Source: Bacteriovoracia bacterium
GTDB lineage: Bacteria; Bdellovibrionota; Bacteriovoracia; Bacteriovoracales; Bacteriovoracaceae
Reading direction: 5' to 3'
NCBI GenBank assembly: GCA_046570105.1
Contig: JBKHVI010000060.1
Location: forward strand, 1 to 15,171
DNA length: 15,171 bases
Below the pieces are notes generated by a model that saw nothing but the letters and a program-made list of their open reading frames with translations, did no database searches and was not told the origin of the DNA. Position numbers and translations under genes: made by a program. Below are positions 8,855-15,171 of the stretch, one piece after another (positions within the stretch are counted from its first letter, which is position 1; each line of letters opens with the position of its first letter).

Positions 8855-8880
8855 GTATCAGGCCGAAGCCTTTCTATAAT
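8853..8880 (+). promoter_or_regulatory. Putative sigma70 promoter, plus strand, antisense to the small minus-strand ORF
   Basis: TTGTAT (8853-8858), 16-nt spacer, TATAAT (8875-8880); predicted start ~8887. Confidence 0.55.
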
Positions 8881-8917
8881 TTCAAATTGAATGTAGTGAA
8901 AACTGAGGCGGCTAATC

Positions 8918-9127
8918 TCATGGAGGACCTTCTCCGTGATGAAGCGGATCTCGGATCTCCGCATAGCCGTGGGAACCAGTTGGTCCATTCCTCACAAGCT
9001 TGTTCGTACTCCAGGCCATCGACTCGGCTCGCGTACTCCAAAACTCATTTTCTGCTCTTGTACTCCGATTCTGGTTCTGGCCTCTAGTACTCCGGAAGCG
9101 AGGGCGGAACGAACGGACAACTCCCAT
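8918..9127 (-). CDS. Small 69-aa hydrophilic peptide with four 9-aa (R/W)ST(RAE) repeats, ending GPP-stop
   Basis: AGGAGG SD (9138-9133) 5 nt before ATG 9127, an upstream promoter and a downstream terminator. Repeats RSTRGQNQN/RSTRAENEF/WSTRAESMA/WSTNKLVRN show synonymous codon variation (Thr ACT/ACA/ACG, Arg AGA/CGA, Ala GCA/GCC, Glu GAA/GAG). Confidence 0.55.
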   Translation of the reverse strand: MGVVRSFRPRFRSTRGQNQNRSTRAENEFWSTRAESMAWSTNKLVRNGPTGSHGYAEIRDPLHHGEGPP

Positions 9128-9151
9128 CAAGACCTCCTATGGTGTCAGTGA
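8936..9151 (+). CDS. Possible 71-aa antisense small ORF (xTP repeats), codon-aligned with the minus-strand peptide
   Basis: GGAGG at 8922-8926, GTG-ATG at 8936-8941, stop TGA at 9149-9151; downstream of the plus-strand TATAAT promoter. May be non-coding antisense RNA instead. Confidence 0.25.
   Translation: MMKRISDLRIAVGTSWSIPHKLVRTPGHRLGSRTPKLIFCSCTPILVLASSTPEARAERTDNSHQDLLWCQ
9006..9093. repeat. Four GTACTCC motifs at exact 27-bp period with 20-bp divergent spacers
   Basis: GTACTCC at 9006, 9033, 9060 and 9087; spacers AGGCCATCGACTCGGCTCGC, AAAACTCATTTTCTGCTCTT, GATTCTGGTTCTGGCCTCTA. Confidence 0.9.
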
Positions 9152-9157
9152 GATTTC

Positions 9158-9186
9158 ATTATGAAGTCGTTTCGTCTCAGCACCAA
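9158..9186 (-). promoter_or_regulatory. Putative sigma70 promoter, minus strand, for the small repeat ORF
   Basis: Minus strand TTGGTG (9186-9181), 17-nt spacer, CATAAT (9163-9158); predicted start ~9151. Confidence 0.45.
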
Positions 9187-9332
9187 ATCGGCCTATCACG
9201 GACATTTTCGTGAACGACAAATTGAGTGCTTAACTCTCCATAAAGCATAAATATTTGCAGGAATGACAGGAATTCTGGGCAAGTTGGTCGCATTTTGTGG
9301 CTTCAAAGCGCTTAAATCCGTAACATTTCTGC

Positions 9333-10109
9333 ATGCACTATTTCCTTAAAAACTATGTTTTGGGCCTCATGACCCCCACCGCTCTCTTTGCCTTGCTCAT
9401 TTTGACGGGTGTTGTTCTCGTGCTTAAAAATAAGCACCGACTTTCTCGTTCATTTTTAATCGTCGGCACATTGCTACTCTTCACCTGGTCATTGACTCCT
9501 CTTACAGAGTTGATGATTCGTCAGTATGAAGGACAGTTCCCGGCCTTTGAGGTCGATGTTCTCAATGAACAACAGCGCAGCGAGATTCCTTATGTCGTAG
9601 TCTTAAGTGGTGGCTACGCTCCTAATGAGCATCAGCCTTTATCATCACAACTAGGCTCCTTTACTCTTACACGTTTGATTGAAGGGATCCGCCTCCACAA
9701 AGCTCTACCCAACAGTCGCTTAGTCGTGTCCGGCTCAAGTGACCTCAAATTCACTGAAGCCGAGGCGATGCAAAAGCTGGCCCTCTCTCTGGGAGTGGCG
9801 GCGGACAAAATCATCATTGAGACCCAGTCACGCAATACCTACCAGCATCCTCGTTATATCGCTCCCATCGTGGGCAAAAATCCTTTTATTCTGGTGACCT
9901 CAGCGCTACACATGCCGCGAGCAATGGGCCAGTTTCGAGGCTTTGGGCTGTATCCCATGGCCGCTCCCACTCACTTTCTTTATCTAGGTGAATACCGCTT
10001 ATTCAATCGCCCACCGTATCCTCGCGGTGAGAATCTCTTTTACTTAGATCTATTTTTTACGGAAGCGGTAGGAACGATGGTGGCGTGGCTGAAAGGTGAG
10101 CTGAAATAG
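9333..10109 (+). CDS. YdcF/ElyC/SanA family (DUF218) envelope protein
   Basis: Two N-terminal TMs, then VVVLSGG, LVVSGS, EAEAM, ETQSRNT and LVTSALHMPRA motifs. Confidence 0.92.
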   Translation: MHYFLKNYVLGLMTPTALFALLILTGVVLVLKNKHRLSRSFLIVGTLLLFTWSLTPLTELMIRQYEGQFPAFEVDVLNEQQRSEIPYVVVLSGGYAPNEHQPLSSQLGSFTLTRLIEGIRLHKALPNSRLVVSGSSDLKFTEAEAMQKLALSLGVAADKIIIETQSRNTYQHPRYIAPIVGKNPFILVTSALHMPRAMGQFRGFGLYPMAAPTHFLYLGEYRLFNRPPYPRGENLFYLDLFFTEAVGTMVAWLKGELK

Positions 10110-10116
10110 CTGCCGA

Positions 10117-10767
10117 CTAATCTTTGTGAGTAAGGCGAATCATCGTCAGGACAAGCGATTCACTTACTTGCCATTCACCTCGATAAGTACCATTTAAACT
10201 TTTAATCTCAGATTGCGAACTGTTGAGATAGATCTCCCATCGATTCCCATCAGCACCTTTCCATTCTACTTCATGAAAACCGATATACTTATGACACAAA
10301 GGATAGAGAGCTTTAAAGAATGCCTCTTTGGCCGAAAACATCATCGTAAAGGCCAATTGAGGATCAGCGTTGGAATGAATTAACTCACTCTCTCGTTGAT
10401 TCGCGACTTGATGAATCAGCTCCTGATACCTTTCTTGCGAGATTCTCGCTTCTAAATCAATCCCCAAACTCAGTGTCTCGATTTTAAGGTCGACCCATGC
10501 CACCGCAAACTCTTTGGTGTGACTGATGCTCCCCACTAAATTATCAGGCCAAAGTGGCTCGCGCTTTGGCCCTCGCGGAAGAGATGTAAGTTCAACCGCC
10601 ATCTCTTTAGCTGCCTCAACTGCACAGAATCGTCCGGCAACAAATTCTTGCTGACGTGCGGGGCTCATTGAAGAAGCAGGCAACCAAGTTTTGAAGCGTT
10701 CAAAGGTGGATGGTGCGAGAGGGAGCTTGCTCAAATGAAACTTACCACTGTTGGGTGGATAAAACAT
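10117..10767 (-). CDS. 4'-phosphopantetheinyl transferase, EntD/Sfp type
   Basis: RQQEFVAGRFCA, PLWPDNLVGSISHT, GIDLE and FSAKEAFFKA motifs. TAAGGAG precedes ATG 10767; the ORF track starts at TTG 10785. Confidence 0.92.
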   Translation of the reverse strand: MFYPPNSGKFHLSKLPLAPSTFERFKTWLPASSMSPARQQEFVAGRFCAVEAAKEMAVELTSLPRGPKREPLWPDNLVGSISHTKEFAVAWVDLKIETLSLGIDLEARISQERYQELIHQVANQRESELIHSNADPQLAFTMMFSAKEAFFKALYPLCHKYIGFHEVEWKGADGNRWEIYLNSSQSEIKSLNGTYRGEWQVSESLVLTMIRLTHKD

Positions 10768-10824
10768 ATGCTCCTTAGATAGCAATGAATACGTAAAATA
10801 TTATTGAAATCACATTCCCACTAG

Positions 10825-10840
10825 TGTCATGTCAGTGACA
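10825..10840. promoter_or_regulatory. Palindromic TGTCA-N6-TGACA site between divergent PPTase and dedA genes
   Basis: TGTCA TGTCAG TGACA; 5-6-5 geometry as in CRP/FNR-family operators. Confidence 0.35.
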
Positions 10841-10913
10841 ATTTAACAATAGTTTTTGCCCTCTTCGTCATTCTGAACTTTCCAGAATACTTCTGACAAT
10901 CTAAAATGCCCCC

Positions 10914-11573
10914 ATGCAAAACCTAATTGATTTCGCTTGGACTGTGATTAATTTCATTCTTAAAATTGATGTGCACTTAGTCGCCATCACCACAGAATAT
11001 GGCGCATGGACTTATGCCGTCTTATTTCTCATCGTCTTTGCTGAAACTGGCTTTGTGGTCACTCCTTTTTTACCAGGTGACTCACTTTTGTTCGCCGCTG
11101 GCGCACTCGCCGCACTAGGTTCACTTGATCTCTATATCATGATGGGAACTCTCTTTGTTGCTGCTGTAATTGGCGACGCTGTCAATTATCATATCGGGCG
11201 CTACTTAGGGCCAAAGGTTCTTTCTGGAAAGTATCCATTCCTGAAAAAAGAGTATTTGGAAAAAACCCAGGGCTTCTACGACAAGTACGGCGTGAAAACC
11301 ATTATCATCGCGCGTTTTGTTCCCATCGTGCGCACCTTCGCACCTTTCATGGCAGGCGTTGGCAATATGAACTACGGTCGCTTCTTTACCTACAATGTGG
11401 TCGGTGCACTTTTGTGGGTTTTGATTTGCTGTCTGGCGGGCTTTTTCTTTGGCAATATTCCCGTGGTGAAGAAAAACTTTGGTTTAGTAGTCATTGGCAT
11501 CATCATTGTTTCAGTACTTCCCATGGCGGTCGAAATTCTCAGAGCAAAGTTTTCTCATAAGGCACAAGCATGA
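10914..11573 (+). CDS. dedA: DedA family membrane protein
   Basis: LIVFAETGFVVTPFLPGDSLLFAAGA, GDAVNYHIGR, ARFVPIVRTFAPF motifs; ATGA overlap with the next gene. Confidence 0.95.
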   Translation: MQNLIDFAWTVINFILKIDVHLVAITTEYGAWTYAVLFLIVFAETGFVVTPFLPGDSLLFAAGALAALGSLDLYIMMGTLFVAAVIGDAVNYHIGRYLGPKVLSGKYPFLKKEYLEKTQGFYDKYGVKTIIIARFVPIVRTFAPFMAGVGNMNYGRFFTYNVVGALLWVLICCLAGFFFGNIPVVKKNFGLVVIGIIIVSVLPMAVEILRAKFSHKAQA

Positions 11574-13198
11574 TCGCAATTAGTGATATCACCGAGACTC
11601 ACTCAGGGCACACCCTTTATGAGAAGGCCTCGTTCCAAATTAAGCCCGGTGAAAAAATCGGTTTAGTAGGACCCAACGGTGCCGGTAAAACAACTTTCTT
11701 TCGTTTGATTGTTGGCGAGGAAAAAGCGGATACTGGTTCGATTTCGATGCCCTCAGGTTGGCGCGTTTCCTACTTCTCGCAAAACGTAGGAGAAATGAAA
11801 GGCCGCTCGGCTCTCTCTGAAGTTATGACGGGTGACCTACAAATTGTTAAACTCAAAGACGAACTCGACAACCTGCAAGCGCAACTCGATAACGCCTATG
11901 CAGACCCAAACAATGCGCCAGACGACGACTGGCTTGCTGGGATTCTAGAAAAACTTGGCGACGCCCAAACTGCTTTTGAGCAGCGAGGCGGCTTTGATAT
12001 GGAAACTCGCGCGCAAGAAGTTCTGACTGGTCTAGGCATTGGCCCTGATCGCTTTAATACACCCGTCGAGCACTTCTCGGGTGGCTGGAAGATGCGGATC
12101 GCACTAGCAAAAGTTCTCATCACAAAACCCGATGTCATCCTAATGGATGAGCCGACCAACTATCTCGATCTCGAGACAATTCTTTGGCTAGAAGCGTGGC
12201 TTAAGGCCTTTCAAGGTGCCATCCTTATGACCAGCCACGATCGCTGGTTTATGAATGCTATTGTGAACAAGATTGTCGAAGTCCGCCATGGTGCAGTTAC
12301 CACTTATACTGGCAATTATGATTTTTATGAGCGCGAAAGAAATATTCGTCGCGAGCAACTTGAAGCGCAGAAAGATCGCCAGGATGCTATGCTCAAAAAA
12401 GAAGAAGAATTTATTGCTAAGTTCGCCGCACGTGCATCTCACGCTGCTCAAGTTCAATCACGAGTCAAAAAGCTTGATAAAATCGAGCGCGTTGAAGTCA
12501 CTCCTGATGAAATGGCCATTCAGTTTGAATTTCCGCAAGCACCACGCGGTGGCAACGATGTCGTGGTTATTGAAAATCTTGGGAAAACTTGGAAGCGCGA
12601 TGACGGTGTTGAAAATAAAGTCTTCTCAGGACTCTCCGCAACTGTTCGCCGCCAAGAAAAGCTCGCAGTCATTGGAGTCAACGGAGCAGGTAAATCAACT
12701 CTCCTAAAAATGGTCACCGGTGATGTTGAAGCGACTGAAGGAAAAGTCAAAACGGGTGAAGGAATTAAGTTTGGCTACTTCGGCCAATTCACTTTGGATG
12801 TTTTAAAGCCTGACAACACCGTGTGGGATGAAGTTAAAAACTATGTCCCCATGATGACTGATGGTGCAGTAAGATCTCTTCTCGCTGCCTTCTTATTTCG
12901 CGGTGACGATGTTGAAAAGAAAGTTAAGTATCTCTCGGGCGGGGAAAAGGCGCGCTTGGTACTTGCCGGCATTCTCGCGACTCCAAAAAATCTTCTCGTC
13001 TTGGATGAGCCAACCAACCATTTGGACATTCGCTCGCGTGAAATTCTTCTCGATGCATTGAAAGCCTACGACGGCACCGTTATGCTCGTGAGTCACGATC
13101 GTCACTTCTTGCGCGAGTTATGTAATCGCGTGTGGGAAGTCGACAAAGGTGTCATCCGCCAATTTCCTGGGACATATAAAGAATGGTTGGAGCGTTAA
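11570..13198 (+). CDS. ABC-F family ATPase (ribosome-associated; YheS/YbiT/Uup-like)
   Basis: Two NBDs (GPNGAGKT...FSGGWKMR...DEPTN; GVNGAGKS...LSGGEKAR...DEPTNHLD), inter-domain linker YTGNYDFY..., no TM segments. Confidence 0.95.
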   Translation: MIAISDITETHSGHTLYEKASFQIKPGEKIGLVGPNGAGKTTFFRLIVGEEKADTGSISMPSGWRVSYFSQNVGEMKGRSALSEVMTGDLQIVKLKDELDNLQAQLDNAYADPNNAPDDDWLAGILEKLGDAQTAFEQRGGFDMETRAQEVLTGLGIGPDRFNTPVEHFSGGWKMRIALAKVLITKPDVILMDEPTNYLDLETILWLEAWLKAFQGAILMTSHDRWFMNAIVNKIVEVRHGAVTTYTGNYDFYERERNIRREQLEAQKDRQDAMLKKEEEFIAKFAARASHAAQVQSRVKKLDKIERVEVTPDEMAIQFEFPQAPRGGNDVVVIENLGKTWKRDDGVENKVFSGLSATVRRQEKLAVIGVNGAGKSTLLKMVTGDVEATEGKVKTGEGIKFGYFGQFTLDVLKPDNTVWDEVKNYVPMMTDGAVRSLLAAFLFRGDDVEKKVKYLSGGEKARLVLAGILATPKNLLVLDEPTNHLDIRSREILLDALKAYDGTVMLVSHDRHFLRELCNRVWEVDKGVIRQFPGTYKEWLER

Positions 13199-13201
13199 TT
13201 C

Positions 13202-13546
13202 TTACTTAATTGAATTGATATACGAACGGATTAGTTCTAGCTCTCTCGTTGGAAGCGGCGGAGCATCTTCCGGCATCTCTCCTGACTCGACTACTTGAAA
13301 GAGTTCACTTTCATCAGCGTTGCCAGGCACAAGTTTTCGTCTCACACGCGCTTCATCACGTACCCACTTGTGACACTCAAGGCATCTAGGAACCAAAATA
13401 TCGTTTTTGATTTGTTCAAATGTTGCAGGCGTAGTGATGGGAGTGATTTCTTCCCTCATTTTACCATCTAATGAATAGGTCAACTTGCCCTTATCAGGCA
13501 CACAGGAGATCAAGAATATACTGAGGATTACTAAGGCCAAACGCAT
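13202..13546 (-). CDS. Lipoprotein with monoheme c-type cytochrome domain (planctomycete cytochrome C-like)
   Basis: Lipobox LISC; CxxCH (CLECH); VPGNADESEL...GEMP...PL distal-Met motif. Confidence 0.85.
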   Translation of the reverse strand: MRLALVILSIFLISCVPDKGKLTYSLDGKMREEITPITTPATFEQIKNDILVPRCLECHKWVRDEARVRRKLVPGNADESELFQVVESGEMPEDAPPLPTRELELIRSYINSIK

Positions 13547-13666
13547 GAATACTAATTTGCAATTTCCAGAAACATTTGAAAAGTCGAAGAAGCTCGATAA
13601 TAGCTAACCCTGAAATATCTACCCTGTCCAAGGCACCCCATGGTTTTGGTGCTAAAACCCACAACT

Positions 13667-14449
13667 ATGAAATACCTACTTTTAGCACTCATCAGTTTCC
13701 CTCTATGGGCCCTCGATGCCCGCTATGAAGGCACGGCCGATTTCTCTAATTGCTCGGGTTTTGTGTTCAAAACGGCCGACACTCCGATGACTAATAAAGC
13801 GTGGGTCATGACCAACGGTCATTGTGTTACAAATTTACTTGGCCGCATGGTACTCTCACCAGGACAAGCGATTGTTAACCAATCTAAATCTCGCTCTGTT
13901 TCTCTGGTAACAGAGCGTCTCACAAAACTAAAACTTAATACCCGCAAAATTGTCTACGCTACAATGACTGGCACCGATATGGCGGTCTATGAACTTCATT
14001 TAAGCTATCAAGAACTACTTGATCGTGGGATTCGCTCGTTTGAGCTAGCCGCTCTCCCTCCTAAAAAAGCCGATTTAGTTGAAGTCATTTCAGGACACAA
14101 GAATGTGGACTACGATTGTGCGATTGATGAAGTTTTAGTTGGATTACGCGAAGGTGGATTTGCTTTTAATCAAAGCCTTCGCTTCTCGGGCACTTGCGAA
14201 CAGAGCAATGGCACTTCGGGCTCTCCCGTAATATTAAAAGATACCCGCCAAGTGGTGGGCATAAGTAATACCTTCAATAAGAGCGGTCGCTCTTGTACTG
14301 ATAACAATCCTTGCGAAGTCGATGCTGATGGCTCAGTCAGTATTTTTCATGGTGCCCGCTATGGACAACAGACTGCTCTGCTTACCGACTGTATAAAAAG
14401 TGCGAGTTTGGATTTAAGTTTAGCTGACTGTAAGCTTACGAGGCCCTAA
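13667..14449 (+). CDS. Secreted trypsin-like (S1) serine protease, paralog 2
   Basis: Signal peptide MKYLLLALISFPLWA from ATG 13667; NCSG...MTNGHC, TDMAVY, NGTSGSP, CTDNNPCE. Confidence 0.92.
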   Translation: MKYLLLALISFPLWALDARYEGTADFSNCSGFVFKTADTPMTNKAWVMTNGHCVTNLLGRMVLSPGQAIVNQSKSRSVSLVTERLTKLKLNTRKIVYATMTGTDMAVYELHLSYQELLDRGIRSFELAALPPKKADLVEVISGHKNVDYDCAIDEVLVGLREGGFAFNQSLRFSGTCEQSNGTSGSPVILKDTRQVVGISNTFNKSGRSCTDNNPCEVDADGSVSIFHGARYGQQTALLTDCIKSASLDLSLADCKLTRP

Positions 14450-15090
14450 ATATTTTTAGCTGACGAAAACTTATTCAAGAAGTCTCTCAGCGCATCGTTA
14501 TAATCACCAAGATCACACACGACCGTGCCTGCAAACTTCTTTGATGGTTCTACAAATTGATCATGCATCGGTTTAACTTGCTTCATGAATTGTGCACGTA
14601 CCCCATCAGGCGTGCGTCCCCGCTCTTCAACATCACGCTTTAGTCTGCGTTCAAAACGAAGATCTTCTGGTGTATCAAAGAAAATCATTTCATCAAATAG
14701 TTCGCGCACATAAGGCGGATGGAAAATTAGAATCCCATCAACAATAATGACCTTGCGTGGTGCTACATGAAGAGTGTCCTGTCGACGTTTATGAGTGGCA
14801 AAATCATAAATAGGAACTGAGGCCGCGTGTCCAGTTTTTAACTCTTTGAGCTTTTCCGCCAGGAGTGGAAAATCAAGGCTTTCAGGATGGTCGAAGTTAA
14901 CCGATCCGCCATCGTGATCAAACTTATGTGATTGATCGATATAGAAATTATCTTGATAGACAATTGTGCTTAACTCATTGCCCAGGGCCTTGTGTAAGGC
15001 CTCAGCAAAAAAGGTTTTACCGGAACCAGAGCCTCCGGCGACACCAATAATGAAGATCTTATTTAGTTTGGTAGAGTCGGTCACCCGCAT
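14446..15090 (-). CDS. udk: Uridine kinase
   Basis: [13 protein letters not shown]alker [51 protein letters not shown]. Confidence 0.95.
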   Translation of the reverse strand: MRVTDSTKLNKIFIIGVAGGSGSGKTFFAEALHKALGNELSTIVYQDNFYIDQSHKFDHDGGSVNFDHPESLDFPLLAEKLKELKTGHAASVPIYDFATHKRRQDTLHVAPRKVIIVDGILIFHPPYVRELFDEMIFFDTPEDLRFERRLKRDVEERGRTPDGVRAQFMKQVKPMHDQFVEPSKKFAGTVVCDLGDYNDALRDFLNKFSSAKNI

Positions 15091-15171
15091 CTCCTAGGCC
15101 CGGCACTAAATAACCAAGCTCATTCATTTCTTTTTCTACATTTAAGGTAATGATTTTTACGTCAGGATGGA

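Noticed and set aside
8887..9087. Third ORF (66 aa, plus strand) across the array
   Set aside because: It stops at TAG just before the fourth repeat unit and has a weaker SD; it is less well supported than the other two frames.
9006..9093. CRISPR array interpretation of the GTACTCC repeats
   Set aside because: A 7-bp repeat is far shorter than CRISPR repeats, the spacers resemble each other, and no cas genes are present.
8880..9190. tmRNA, RNase P RNA, hammerhead ribozyme, c-di-GMP riboswitch or retron ncRNA
   Set aside because: No tRNA-like GGGG...CCA ends, no GAGGAAAGUCC, no correctly ordered CUGANGA...GAAA core, no GEMM GCAAA/GAAA pattern and no reverse transcriptase nearby. Judged by eye only; Rfam was not run.
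11570..13198. ABC-F ATPase as the missing NBD of the export operon
   Set aside because: It has the tandem-NBD plus linker architecture of ribosome-associated ABC-F proteins and lies 6 kb away in another operon.

Overview
A 15.2-kb bacterial chromosomal window using the standard genetic code; TGA acts as a stop in two ATGA gene overlaps. Gene content and style (many short signal-peptide proteins, two Cys-rich trypsin-like proteases) suggest a Bdellovibrionota/Bacteriovorax-like organism, but this is inference only. In order: a partial hypothetical CDS; a minus-strand multi-pass membrane protein; a minus-strand export operon (ABC transmembrane domain with no ATPase domain, HlyD adaptor, TolC); a secreted PTP/DSP-type phosphatase interrupted by an in-frame TGA at codon 7; a patatin; a secreted protein with five ~37-aa two-Cys repeats; S1 protease 1; an unusual ~570-bp intergenic region; YdcF/ElyC; an EntD-like PPTase; DedA; an ABC-F ATPase; a monoheme cytochrome c lipoprotein; S1 protease 2; and uridine kinase. 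The most interesting element is at 8826-9186. It has four GTACTCC motifs at exact 27-bp spacing inside a two-fold symmetric cassette. Each strand carries a sigma70-like promoter, a GGAGG Shine-Dalgarno (SD) and a ~70-codon ORF ending in TGAGATT. The minus strand also has a cUUCGg hairpin and an intrinsic terminator. It could be an uncharacterised sense/antisense small-peptide or sRNA system. No mobile elements, tRNA/rRNA or CRISPR-Cas were recognised.
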